Shown here: positions 29,691-43,471 of the stretch, one piece after another | Layout of the letters: each line of letters opens with the position of its first letter | Position numbering within the stretch: position 1 is the stretch's first letter | Assembly (NCBI RefSeq): GCF_009914755.1 | Contig: NC_060932.1 | DNA: 64,000 nucleotides | Direction: 5' to 3' (one strand) | From: the human T2T-CHM13v2.0 reference genome, Homo sapiens | The notes under the pieces: generated by a model | Seen by the model: the letters and a program-made list of their open reading frames with translations, nothing else | What the model was told of the DNA's origin: nothing | Database searches by the model: none | Program-made: the position numbers and the translations under genes

Positions 29691-30594
29691 ATTTATTCAT
29701 TAGTTTTACAGCTGAGGAGAAAAAAAAGTGACCTGGGTAGACTAAAGTTAATCAGGTAGCATTTTCAAAAATAGTGGGTGCCAATTTTGATAGATTTTAA
29801 AAAATCATAGAAGTTAGAGTGGTGGTCAAATCTTGCTGGGACCTGGGAGTGAAGAGTAGGGAAGTAAATACTCTGGTAGCAGAGTTTAACCCTGAAACTA
29901 AAATGGCAATAGAAAAAAAAAAAAGCAATAGAAGCATTGGTTTTAGGGTTAGATTTGAACAGAAGGACATTTGATATTATTCCATTTCAAATTTGTCTTT
30001 GTTGACTGTATATCCTTTCTTTAGGGAGGAAATAGTAACAGGTGCTGAGGAAAAGTTGGATGATAGAGCTAACATAAGTAATAAATTGGTATGTAACTGA
30101 TGTTTTATGAATGCTATTACATTAAACTCTAACAGGTTTATGATTTTGGTATGTCTGCCTCTCTCTTCATCCCAGTATAGCTAAAAAAAAAATAGCTTCC
30201 AAAATAATTCAATTATTACTCTAAGTCCATAGTCAATAAGTGGCAGAATCAGTATTCAGAATAAGGCCTTTCTGATTCCAAAGGCTATTGTCTGAATTGA
30301 GATGAAGGAACCTAACAACAGAGATTCATTTTCAGGCAGTGTTGAGAATGCTCCATTGAAATCTCTTCAAAGTACTTCTTAGTTTTAAGTGTCTTACTAC
30401 TTGGTTTTTAAGAATGTTAATATGTCTCTGATTTAGGGAGTTTTATGGTTTTTTTTTAAAGACTGCATTTCTGCTGATTTCCATATAATATTCCATATAA
30501 TATCTAATTCCTCCAATTATAAAGAAAAGTTCTTAAACAGAGACACAAATTATTTTGGTGATGTATCAAAAAGGTAACAAGCTCAGGCTTTGGA

Positions 30595-31146
30595 ACCTGA
30601 GAGAATATTTCAGACCTTGCTTCTTTACCACAGCCCATTTGCTTTTGGGAGACATTTCTCCATTGAATGCTCATGTTTCTGCATATCTTGTGAGCACAGG
30701 TACCAGTTATCCTGCTTTTTTGTACCTGGTTATCCTTCTGTACAGAAAATAGCCAAGGAGAATATAGTGTTTTCCACCAGAGCAAAGGATAACTCTGCTT
30801 ACAGCCTTGAGAGACGGAGATAGTGCTCCCTCCAGAGGAAAGAATGGGAGGGCCTACTGCCCATTATAAAAGAGTCAGGTTTCTAAGCTCATGGTTCATC
30901 TCTTATAATACCATTTAGTATGTTGTGCAGGTTTCTCACACTCTTCATGCCATTCTATGAGAATTAGGGCTTGGGAAACTGGCACAAATCCTGCTATTCT
31001 TGCTCCTAGTGCTGCTGTGAGTAATAAACTATCCTTTATTTCTGACTCAACAGTCTTGTGTTTTTCATCAACATCCATAAAACTGTGGCAAAGAGTTTTA
31101 ACTTGAAAGTAGAGTAAAATGTCAGAACTCTTCATAGTTCTTGATG
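30595..31146 (+). mobile_element. ERV solo LTR (MER90-like; subfamily uncertain)
   Basis: TATA-like cattataaaaga, poly(A) signal gtgagtaataaa, end catccataaaactgtggc...aagtagagtaaaatgtcagaactcttcatagttcttga. Confidence 0.65.
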
Positions 31147-31149
31147 TTT

Positions 31150-31580
31150 ACCAGCTGAGTAATCTAGAGCAATTATTTTTAAATATCTGAGCTTCAGTTT
31201 CCTATTATAGTGAAATTTAAGTGATAATGCTTATAAATTTCATAGTATATTTATAGTGCTTAAATAAATGACAGCTAATAGCAGTTATTCAATATTAGTA
31301 GCAACACCAGCAGTAGCAGTAATGATAGCGGTAATTGTGGTAGCCGTAGTAGTTGAAGCATACGCAGCAACGGAATCTAACATTGAAAGAATGCCAACAT
31401 ATAGCAGACATTTTTACTAAGCAGCCAGTGTAGCTTATCTTATTTAATCCTCACAAGAAATGGAACAGGTGTTTTGTGTTTTGTTTTGTTTTCATTAGTT
31501 AAATGAGGTAAATGAGACTCAAATTGTTGAACTGATTTTCCTGAGGTAACTCACATGGCAATTGACAAAGCTGGGATAAG
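31150..31580. mobile_element. Two opposed MIR fragments separated by a degenerate (AGY)n tract
   Basis: tctgagcttcagtttcctat (+ MIR); ttatttaatcctcacaa...aatgaggtaaatgagactca...cctgaggtaactcac (- MIR). Confidence 0.55.
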
Positions 31581-32221
31581 AAGCTTGTTGTGTCTAATTA
31601 CCAGGAGGTTGTGGTGCATGTATTTGCAGTGACATGTTTGGGAGGAAGCTACAAAGTAATTTAGATGGGCAGTTGGACATTCCCACATCCCAGTCATGGA
31701 GGAATTACAGAAGCATATGCTTACTAAGGAAAAAAAGAAGCCCAGAGGAAACACAATGTTGGCCTCCAGAATTTTTGTAAGAAAAATCCATCCATGTGCT
31801 TAGCTAATGTTGAACACGTTCTGTTTCCCAAGCTCTGTATTTTGAACCTTTGTCCACATTATTATATTATTGTGTTTTCCCCATGATACAAATAATCTTA
31901 ATAGTATTGATAGTAAACAAATGCAGCATAATTAATTTCGAAAATTTCCATGCTGTCGTCTATCAGAAAGATTTAGACTCAGTCAATATTTCTTAAAGCA
32001 AAACAATTTTGACAGCCTAATTAAATTTCTAATCATAAACTCCATGTTTTAAATATAAATATGAAAGCATATAAATACACAATGCATGCATAACTATGCA
32101 TATAGAGATATATAATTTACTACCTAATTTCACAAGCAATGTGAAAGAGATACTAGTCAATACTAGAATTTAGTATTTTTCTCTCCTTTTCATGTAGTAT
32201 ATGAGACTATTTATCCTTTAG

Positions 32222-32821
<600 letters not shown>

Positions 32822-32850
32822 CTATTAAAAAGGAGGAAAAGGAGAGTTTA
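32822..32850 (-). promoter_or_regulatory. CSMD3: 3' splice acceptor and polypyrimidine tract of the CSMD3 exon
   Basis: Minus strand reads taaactctccttttcctcctttttaatAG, with AG at 32823-32822. Confidence 0.9.
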
Positions 32851-33724
32851 CAGTTATTTCAATAAGCAGTTTATTGTTTTAGATGTATAAAATTATATAT
32901 GTAGATATGGATATTCTTATTTCTTTGGAGAAGAGTCACTGAAAGGAACTGTCTTCTATTCCAATACATGTGACAGTGAATATGGGAAGAAAACTAAACC
33001 TTATCACAGAGGTATTATTGGTCATTCTTTATGCTAGAAAGTTTTAGATATTATATTACTTAGTCTTCAGAGCATTACTCATATATTAATATTTACTCAG
33101 ATAAGTAAAACTGAGGATAATATCATTCACATGGCTTTTTCAAAGTTACATTCTAATAACATAGTAATAAGCAAATTCATTTCCTTAATATTATCTTCAG
33201 TCCTTCAGTGCTTAATCTTAAACCATGAACCTAGATAAAATACACATTTTTCATGGAAACCTTTATTTCATTTAAATGAGAAAAATACAGTGGAGTAGTA
33301 AATGGACAATTTTTAAAGTTAGGGACGGTGAGCTAGAATTCCAACTCTATTATTTGTTATTAACCTTGAGTGTATACTACGAATGATAATAATAAGTGCA
33401 AACAGTTGTAACATTTTTATTAGATCAATAGGCAAAATATATGGAAAATGATATATCAGAATGTTTTACCTATCACCTTCTTATTCTATTAGTTGATGCT
33501 GAAAACTAAACAAGTATACAAACATAAGAGTTTTTTAAATAATATTCAATTCAGAAAAAATCCAACTTTAGATTAAATGAAAAAATTTTTTTGAAAATAG
33601 CAGAACTTCAGGATTAAAAATATTAGAGGTTATTTGTTCTCATATTGTTTTCTAAATTTTTATTTTATTACTGTTATATTACCTTTATACTACAAATAAT
33701 AATAAAAACACAAACAGTAATTAA

Positions 33725-33915
33725 TGAACTAAAAGATATTCCAATTTGAGTAAAGTCAGTAGTTAATAGTATTGTGCAAACATTAATTTCTTAGTTTTGG
33801 CCATTTTACTGCAGTTCCATAAGTAGTTATATCAAGGGAAACTAATTAAGACTATATGGGAACTACTGTTCTTGCAAAATAATAAGCTGAAAGTCATGTT
33901 GCAATAAAAAGTAAA
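33725..33915 (+). mobile_element. Old L1 (L1MC/ME) 3' end fragment
   Basis: ttaatttcttagttttggccatt...actatatgggaactactgttcttgcaa...aataaaaagt. Confidence 0.5.
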
Positions 33916-35559
33916 ATATTTTCCCATTTTGCTTTGATATTTATTTCATTTGTGCAGTTACTAAATTCTATATAATATTACAATGTTAATTCAAATAATT
34001 ACAAACCATTGTAATAATTAAAATATCGATGTCAATATTAAGCAAAAATATTAAAATACAAAATGGTTCACAATATATAGCTTAATTTTGAGAGTGTTTT
34101 TTAAACTTTCATTAATTTTTTGCCTAAACTTTTCAAAGCAAGTAAAAGAAAAATCACAGATTAATTTCCAGTATGAGGTCAATTTAATCAAGAAAAATGT
34201 ATTGAGCACAGGACATCCATATATTTTAGAGAAAAAATATTTACTTTGAGTTTTAAAAATGTAGTTTTAGGTTTCTTAAAACTAGAAAAGTGAAGAAATT
34301 GGCTAATATTTACTAAACATAAATGGTTTCAATAGACAATTTTCTTAATAATACATTCTAAACTTAAATTTGTAAAATATTTAGTGTCAGTAATGAAAGT
34401 TATTTCTAATTTTTTATTTTGTTATTTCTCCAAGACATTAGCTATATGTGAATTTTCAGTAAAACAATACAACTTTATTGTCTGTGAATTTTGAGCAACT
34501 TTTAAAGAAACACTTTGAACAGTAGTTTATTTTGAAATACTTAATTTTTTGGAAAATTATTTGATTAATAGATGAGATGTTTGTTCCAAGAGACAGTGAG
34601 GTTAATAAGTTTTGACAAAATGAATAAGAATTCAATCCTCTGAATATAGTAATAACAAAGGAGATACTTTTAATGAAACTACCACTTTTGGCCTTAGAAT
34701 TAATCCACTCCTCTTCCTTCCACCCTCTAAAAAATAATTAAGGTCAGGACTTCAATTATCATAAAGTTATATGTCTAGGAGAAAAGTGGTTTCCAAATTA
34801 TGTCACAGGAAGCAACTAGGTGGGGGAATAAAATGAAAGAGAAGAAAGCTCTGAATAGTTTTTGGACTCCAAATTAACTTTGATTTAAATGAACAAATAA
34901 ATGTATCCAGAATAAAGTACCTAAAGCAAAATGGAAATCATGTCAGGTGAAGTAGTGAATGAATAGTAACATTGAATGGAATCTTAATAGATTACCTAAT
35001 CTCCTGCCTTATCGCTTAATTACTTCTAAAACTGATAAAAATTTAGGTTATTTCAAAATGAAACTCAAAGAAGACAATTTTAAAGCATATCTGGACTTCA
35101 CTTTCAGGAAAGTCCTGCTGTTGTTTGTGCCTGTTTATCATCTTCATATAGAGAAATATCTACCCATCATCCTCTGTTAACTGAGTAATTCATAAAGACA
35201 GTTAAGATGTTTTACATTCAGGTTTAATCAATCCTGATTCTATAACCACTGCTCATGGATTATATTTTTGTCTTCTTCCAACCCTTTAATTCAGGACTTC
35301 TCTCTATGCTGTCTATGTGCATTTTCAAAGGCAAAGCAAGTATGATGTGTCACTAACTGAAGTACAAAACCCACCATCAAAAAAGATTATGTTCTGATTG
35401 AACATTCTCTTCTTACTCTTAATGTTTTAAAACTAAGTAGTGCTGCATATTTAAACTTTTGAATTAAATTTACTTTTAAGTAATAAAAAGTTTTAGAAAT
35501 TGCTAAGATAGACTAGATTTTAGATAATGTTTCTGCCAGCCATCCAGAGTTTGAATTTC

Positions 35560-35840
35560 AGAACAGAAAACCAAACACCACATATTCTCAATTATAAGTG
35601 GGAGCTGAAAAATGAGAACACATGGACACAGGGAGGGGAACAACAACACTGGGAGGGCGGGGGTGGATAGAGTATTAGGGAAAAGAGCTAATGCATGCTG
35701 GGCTCAATATCTAGGTGATGGGTTGTTATGTGCAGCAAACCATCATGGCACACTTTTACCTATGTAACAAACCTGCACATCCTGGACATATACCCAAACT
35801 TAAAAAAAAAAATAAAGTATGTTTAAAAAAGAAAAGAAAA
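35560..35840 (+). mobile_element. L1PA10-13-like 3' end
   Basis: aacagaaaaccaaacaccacatattctcaattataagtgggagct...agagctaatgcatgctgggct...acctatgtaacaaacctgcacatcctg followed by an A tail. Confidence 0.9.
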
Positions 35841-35867
35841 TGAATTACTCAACCATGTTCAATATAT

Positions 35868-36326
35868 CAAAATATAAAATAATTATTAAATATATGTTGT
35901 AAGTATTTACAGTAAGTGATGATATTGCTTAAAATACATAAAATTACAGATTTTATATATTTAAATATATACAGATTTATAAGTGAAGTGAAGTGAAAAA
36001 TACAGATTTATAAGTGAAGAACTTTTTTGTAATTCATCAGATGTACATGCAAGCTAGACACATTATACTTGTTATCTCAATGTGTTTTGAAGCAAATAAT
36101 TATACCTAAAAGCAGAGTTGCAAAATATAAAATAATTATTAAATGTATGTTGTATTTACAGTAAGTGATGATGTTGCTTAAAATATATAAATTAAGGAAA
36201 ACAGATTTATAAGTATAATGAAGAATTTTTTTGTAATTCATCAGATGTACATGCAAGCTAGACACATTATACTTGTTATCTCAATGTGTTTTTGAAGCAA
36301 ATTATTATACCTGAAAGCAGAGTTGC
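35868..36326. repeat. Tandem duplication, two copies (35868-36120 and 36121-36326)
   Basis: Both copies start caaaatataaaataattattaaa, share ttgtaattcatcagatgtacatgcaagctagacacattatacttgttatctcaatgtgtttt exactly, and end aaagcagagttg. Confidence 0.95.
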
Positions 36327-37074
36327 TGAAAAGACTTCAGTTATCTTCTTTTACCAGCAGATGACAGTAATATATTGATTAAGAGGTTTAGGTGACTAAC
36401 ACAAAATAATTATAGAATCTGAAAAATTGTCTTCTAACGTCCCATAATACAATGATTAAAATGGGATTGCAGTAGGGGAGGCAGTACTTTAAAACCAATT
36501 ACACAATATTCTTGGTTGAGCACTTAGAGCGGGCAGGTTGATGAACTGAGATCACTGGAAAATAAACCTGAAGAATTTGTACTCAAAATATGTCTCTGAA
36601 AATGTCAGAGACTCTTTATGTTAAGTTTACTGCTCTAGGCATAACAAATTATTTAGTCTAATTAAAATCCATCTGGTTTTGGCTGGAAATATGTATATTT
36701 TATTTATCTTCTCTTCTCACAGTATTGAGATTATCAGCAAATATGAAGATATTTTGACAACATAGACTATTCTAAAGTGTAGAAGATTTTTGATATTGCA
36801 AAATAATTCCTTGGAAAATATACAAGATAAACTTTTAAAATTCCAGTTGTGTTTAAAGGGGTAGAGTTCAGTGACACTCTTCTCTATTAGTTGAAAGAAA
36901 AGATCAATTACTTGGTAAGTGACACTGACACTATTTTATTCATCAGAAGCTTTTAAGAGTTACCACTAACATTGCTCTATGATATGTACTAGTTAATACT
37001 ACAGCATGTCCCTTGCCTTCTGAGTTAACAGTTTGAGAAAGTCAAACTTCATTGTTGAGTATCAGCTTTGATAG

Positions 37075-37275
37075 GCATTTGGGCATTCTTCCACTTAAAT
37101 CTCACAAAACACTAGACATTATGGGTATAATTCTCCCCATTGTGTAGAAAGGAAAACTGAGACTCAGAAAGATTAAGTAACTTTCCAAAGGCCACCCACT
37201 AATAAATAGCAGACTTGTGGTTCAAACCTAGGTTTCCTAACTCAAAAGCCTTAGATCATTTCACAATTACATATT
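37075..37275 (-). mobile_element. MIR
   Basis: ccccattgtgtagaaaggaaaactgagactcagaaagattaagtaactttccaaaggccac...ttcaaacctaggt. Confidence 0.85.
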
Positions 37276-37294
37276 GCTATCTACAAAAGGCAGA

Positions 37295-37770
37295 TATTCA
37301 TTCCACAAGTATTTATTAAACATCTATCATCAGCAATGCTCTGGGGATATAGTCTAGCAAAAGGTAGACATGGAGTTTATGATTTGGTGGCTACCAAAAG
37401 TAATAAATGAGTAATTTACAGAATACTAATTGTATTGCGACATGTGGCAGAAACGAAACATGTAAGTTATACTAAAGGCATATAATGGAGAAATCTGAAT
37501 TAGTATTGATTAAGAGGAGATCTGGAAAGGATTTCCTGATAAAGAAAGGCTTTAATTGTGATCTGAAAAGGATAAAAAGTTAGTTTTTGTTTGTTTGTTT
37601 CCAAGGGCAGTGAACAAGTATATTTGAAATAGAAAAGTATAAGAATCAAAGTACTGTAATAGTTATTAGGTTTGGCAATACAATGAAGACAGGTTTCATG
37701 GAAATGGTAGGGTAGTGTAGAAACTAGATTGCGAAAAAATATTTCGAAAGGCTTGATCATAGATGGCTTC
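37295..37770 (-). mobile_element. L2 3' fragment
   Basis: ttcattccacaagtatttattaaacatcta...gctctggggatata. Confidence 0.55.
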
Positions 37771-40700
37771 ACGCAGTGATGTATATCCTTTTCATAGGCT
37801 CATAAATATGAAGGAGAACTATTTCCTCATTAAATATTTGGTCGTGGGGTGCTATCTGCTTTTTAAAAGAGTAATTGAGAGTAAATAATTAAAATACATT
37901 CTATAAATGTACAAGTGAGCAGAGATTTTCATAAGCATGCATGATATAAAGTGTGTAAGTTTACTAATTTAATACTAATTCAATGTTGAGTGGGAAAATT
38001 GTGATAAAACGGATTATCAAAATTAATTTTAAAAAAATTAGTAGCCAAAATGATGTATGCATATTATTTTAATATGAGAATACCAATTTTATAAGACTGT
38101 TGATATTATTACATAAAACAGTATATGTTAGTCATGTATATTTTTAGCAAGCACTCAATATGAGACAAATATTATTAACTCAATAAATTGCAGTTTTATT
38201 ATTATTATAAATTGTGTATTTGAGACATCAAAATTAGATGTGATTATATTATGATCTTCTAGAGGTTGTGTCATAAGTATCAAATTTTCATTAAATGTAA
38301 TGAAGTATGTTAGATCATTCTTGGTCTTAAAAATTAATTTAAAAATAGTAATTTAGTCAAGGGTAAAATTCAATTGCTCCTCTCCGAATCATAAAGGAAA
38401 TCCAAGGTCCAATCTTAACTTTCAGCAGAAAATTTGTATAAACAAATTCACAGAAAGTCCCCTATAGGTGTCATTGATTTCTTCATTCTTTTGTCTATTA
38501 TTTGGTATCATATATTAAGCACCATTCCAAGCACAGTAGTTACCAAAAGATATATTCAATGAATTGCAGGCTAAAAAATCCAGATAATTTTCAAAAGGAA
38601 AATAAGTAAGTTTAAAATGCAATTTAAATCTTGAAAGAGAGCATATATAAAGGACTATAGGAGAACAAAATTTTTGTTATGGTTTCCTTGGATAAATGAA
38701 ATAAAACTCTACCAAGAAATTTTTAAAAAAAAGTGTGTGATTAATACTAATAAACATGTTACAACAGTCTCATTCTTTAAAAAAAATACCCAATTTGTTG
38801 GGAGCACATGTATAGTTGCGAAAGGCAAAATGTTTTACAAATTATCAGGAAGAAAACCTTACCTTGAAAATGGGAATGAAAAATTTAAAAAAGGGATAAC
38901 AGACATCTTGACTACAGAATTGCATAATTATTCAGTCAAATAGATGAAGCATGATCCTGCTGAGATCAATTAACAATGCTTTAAAACAATGCAAAATTAT
39001 ATCTACTAAGGGAAGTAAAATCAAGTTGTTTGTACTTCTTAGAGAAAATTAATCTCAGGGTTTATTTCCCAGATGATTAAAAATAATTTAGGAGAGCATA
39101 ACATCAAGCTGAAACAAAACGTTTTGCACCTAGTACCTCTCATCCTGAGACTTCCAAACACTTAACAAACAAATCCATTTTCCAAATTTTTTAGTGATAC
39201 AAAATGTTCTTTATTACAAATATTGAACCATTTCATTCACACAGGACATAAATGGTATAGTTTGGAATTTACCTGGGGACTTCAGTTTGAGCAAACATTT
39301 TATGAGTGTTTTGAATCACCTATTGCATCTATAACGTCCTCATGGTCTTTTCTTTCAGTACATAAAACTGAATGAAATTTATTTCTATATACATTTACTT
39401 CCTCACCAGATTTTGAGCATCTTGAGAAGAGGGACTCTAATTCATCTTTGTATACCAAGAATTTAGCACACTGTGTTGTCCCCAAGCAAAAAAGAATTAA
39501 ACTAATTGCATTACCTCCTTGAGTAGAAAAATTTAAAAGTTAATTATCACACAGATCTCATAGAATTAAATGTTTAAATACAAAATAATAGAGTGGAATC
39601 TGTAGTATAGAAGAGAGTTGCAGGAATAGCATGATTTAAACTTGTTTTAATAAGCACTGGATCACATTGCCACCATGTGATTTTGTATGAGTCAAATTAC
39701 ATAGTTATGTGATTCAATTCTGTTTCTATGTGAAAATCCATTCACTTCTGTAAGCCATTTCCTTTCCATAAGCATAATTTCTAAGCTGGAGTCATGTCAC
39801 AGACCTCACTGGGATGCTGGAGATGTTGCAAACATGAGGCCGCATTTGCCGTTTTGGAAGTCATCCTGAAACTTCAAAAAGGTTCAGAGTTGCTAATCAA
39901 AAGGACAACTATTATATGTTATTTGTTATTATTATTATTATCATTATTTGTTATTATTTTAACTTATTGAAAGGGAACCCAAATAAATTACTGGTTGCTA
40001 GAAAAGAAATAAGAGCAAGACAGTACTGTCTTAGCTGGGCTGCCTAAGAGGAAAATAGATTATTGGATTGATTTTAGGGAGGAATGAACACTGATTAAAA
40101 TGTATTATAAGCAGTAGGAGAAAAGTCTATTGTCATTTTAAAAAAATATTTAGATAAGTCTCAGGGTAAGATGCATATATTTCCAAGGAAAGAAAGTATG
40201 AAGCATTGGAAAAGTTAGTGTAAAACCAAACACATACACATTTATGCTATGTTGGTAATGTCATTCTGTTTTCATATTGTGGATACAGATAAGGTCCACT
40301 GGCACTACAGAAAAATATTTCAGCATCAGATGTAGATTTATGGTTAAATACAAGGTAGAAAATACTTTGCACCATATACAAGGACAAGTCATTAGTTATG
40401 TTGACCCATGAATAAGAGGTAATGCCCATTCAATTGGAAATATCTGTGCCCTTTTATTGGCTAAATAAATTTTATCACCCAAAATGAATTTACAAAAACG
40501 ATATTATATTTTTGTTTTGTAAACTCTATAACCACCATTGTGTTAACATAGTTGGGTGAAAGGATCATGAAATATAAAAAGTTATGATTATTCGAAGCTA
40601 ACTCTGTTGTACATAACTACCAGAATATTACCAAAACCAAAGAAATACAAATACAAAAAGGAGGCATATTAGCAGCCATACTCACATTAAAGTTTCTGAA

Positions 40701-41379
40701 CATGGAATAATGTTGCATTTAGCACAGAGTAGCATTTGATAGATTAATTCAGAATAATAGAAAAATATGAATAGGCTCTCCTCTGACAGAATTGGGACAA
40801 GTATCTGTATTAAGACTTTTGGATAAAGGTAATTTAATTCTTTAAAAAGATGTGTTAAGCCGATCATGGATAATTTACTGGAATTATATATTCAACAAAT
40901 ATGAAGACTGAGAAATGCCACTGTATTTTAGCAGTTAATCCATCACCAAATAATTATTGAAGCCCGAGGCACAAATGTCAAATGAGTATAAAATATGGCA
41001 TGACACCATTTCTATCTTGTTGAAACATAACTCAAGTTGGAAAAATAAGACATACATGGTAATGACCTGGAAATTAAAAAATAAAACTGATTCCATAAGC
41101 TGATTTTTAAAAAACAATTTTAACTATTATATACATATGCTAAAGGAAGACTATTTTATGAAATGAGATAAGTAAGTTTTTAGTTGGAGAGGATTCAGAA
41201 GAGTCAAATAAATCATATGACTAAGACCCATAGAGAGGAATGTCCAAGATGTAGTCAAGAGCAGTATATGCAGAATAAGTTGCTTTTAATACGTTGGTCT
41301 GAATAGGTTGATACATATAAGGAAACACAGAATGTAACTTCAGAAAATAATCTTAGGGTTGCACTTTGGAAAGACTTGA

Positions 41380-41700
41380 AATTAGCTGTTTTAGGGTCAA
41401 TGCTAAGCTGCTGCTGATGCTGCCAAAAAAAAAAACAAAACAACAAAAACAAAAAAACAACAAAAACAAAAACAAAAAAAACTCACAACGAATTGCTTAA
41501 ATAAGATACCAGTTATTTCCCTTCATGTGACTCTCTCATTGCTCTAGGCTAGGAGAGACTGGACTGTGCCCTCAGGCCATCAGGGACTCAGTTTGTTTTC
41601 CAACTTGCTACTCAATCCTCCCCTAGGGCATTGCCTTTGTCCTTTGTCTATAAGGAGAAGCTGGGTTGCTGCAAATATTGAATTAGAGGCTACTGAGTTG
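41380..41700 (-). mobile_element. Decayed ERVL LTR fragment (LTR33-like)
   Basis: aatgctaagctgctg...ttgcttaaataagataccagttatttcccttcatgt...catcagggactcag. Confidence 0.4.
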
Positions 41701-41767
41701 AATGAGAAGATGTTAAGGGAAAGAAACAACAACAGCAACAAACTTCTCTGGGAGATGCACAGCAGTT

Positions 41768-41806
41768 TTGTTGTTGCTGTTGTTGTTGTTGTTGTTGTTG
41801 TTGTTA
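41768..41806 (+). repeat. (GTT)n microsatellite
   Basis: ttgttgttgctgttgttgttgttgttgttgttgttgtt. Confidence 0.9.
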
Positions 41807-42629
41807 TCGTTTTTCTATCAAGGCCCACTATAGTTCCTCATGGAACAGAGACCTGGTGGAGCAGAAAACAGATGGTTACAATACATAACCCCATGTGGGT
41901 AGGCAAATAAAGAGGAATATTCCACAGTTAAAGAGCATGGCCATGCATAGATCCTGCCGGACAGAGATTCTGAAGCACTTACTGCCCTGGCAGACCCTGG
42001 TCCTGTTCTCTAGGAGGTGCTCCTTTCTCCTGCATCCTGTAGTCCCCTGGCATTTTCTTCTGAATAGTTCTTTCTTGTCCACATTCTCTGTGGTAAAATT
42101 TGAAGTGGGTGTTGAAGAGTAAACTATCTTTAGGAGTGCTTTGAGCTTATACCCTACCTCTGCTAATGCAGGTTTGGTGCTTGAAAATTGACTTGGGGAT
42201 TGACAACCAGAGTTTTGCAGATGACTCATATAATTTATTTGGCTAAAACCACCCCTGAAAACTTACTAGGAATTAATTTATTTGATTCCAGGTTTTTTTT
42301 GGTGCCAAGGAACACTCTTCCCAACCCCCAACTTGTTCAAACCATGGCTTACACTGCCTTTTCATTGGAGCTACCTTGAGGTGATCTGAAACAATAAGCT
42401 TGGACGGAAATGCAACATTCCTTACCTGATCTTTGGCCCCAAGGCTGCCTTCCATCCTTAGACTAAGAAACTTATATGAGATTCTGATAAACCTTCTTAT
42501 CCCCTGCTATACAGAAGCAGTTGGTTTCTCCAACCCGTAAGTCCCCAGAATTTAGACTCTATTCACTCTCTTCTTGAAAATGGCCAATTTATGCCTGAGC
42601 TCTTCTCTGTTTTATATATAATGTCTTAC

Positions 42630-42708
42630 TTGTTTACATTTTGGGGGTACATGTGATATTTTGATACTATATACATGCAGTGTGTAATGATCAAATCAGG
42701 GTAATGGG
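42630..42708 (-). mobile_element. L1MA 3' end fragment
   Basis: ggggtacatgtgatattttgata...tgtgtaatgatcaaatcagggtaatggg. Confidence 0.75.
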
Positions 42709-42713
42709 TTCTT

Positions 42714-43471
42714 GTGTGTGTAAAAGCCAAATCAAACTGTGTTTTTCCTCTACTCCGACACTAAAACAATGGGCACAGAAAACTTCTCTGACCACGAAGC
42801 AAGCAATCAATTTTTGCAGTGGACAACAATTGGGTGTCCTCCAATTCAATTCTGACATTGTCTACCTGGCAATAGTATCAGATCTCATAGGTTGAGGGCT
42901 TAATCCCCAAGACTGACCCCCCAGGCACCAGGCAAAAGTCTGGGCCTCTGGAACCTTTGCCTGACAATCTTCCAGTGGAGTTTTCACTAGGGAGACTCAC
43001 AGAACTTAAGGATTCACTTGCTTACGTTTACCAGTTTATTACAGAAGATATTACACAGGATACAGATGAAGAGATGCATAAGGTGAGGTATGGAAAGGGT
43101 TACAGAGCTTTCATTCCCTCCCTGGAAGTGCCACCCTTCAGGAAGCTCCAGATGTTTAGCTATCTGGAAGCACTTCATGCCCCATTCTTTTGAGGTGTTT
43201 ATGGAGGCTTTATTAAAGAGGCATGACTGATGAAACCAATAGTCATTGGTAATCAACTTAACCTTTAGACCCTCTCCCCTCCTTGAAGGCCGAAAATCTC
43301 AATCCTCTACTCCTGTCTTGGTCTTTTGGGTGGCCAGCCTCAACCTTGAAGCTTTCTAGAACCTGCCAACCATCAATCAATTTATTAGCATCACTTTGGA
43401 GTTTCTAAGGATTTTAGGAGTTGTATGCCAAAAAAATGAGGCCAAAGATAAAATATATATTTCACAATATT
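42714..43471 (-). mobile_element. MER21 LTR (3' LTR of an ERVL-class provirus remnant)
   Basis: gtgtcctccaattcaattctgacattgtctacctgg...tcagatctcataggttgagggct; minus strand begins aatattgtgaaatatatat...ggcatacaactcctaaaatccttagaa as in the MER21 consensus. Confidence 0.85.

Noticed and set aside
35868-36326. CRISPR-like or spacer array
   Set aside because: Two-copy tandem duplication in primate DNA; no repeat-spacer periodicity and no cas genes
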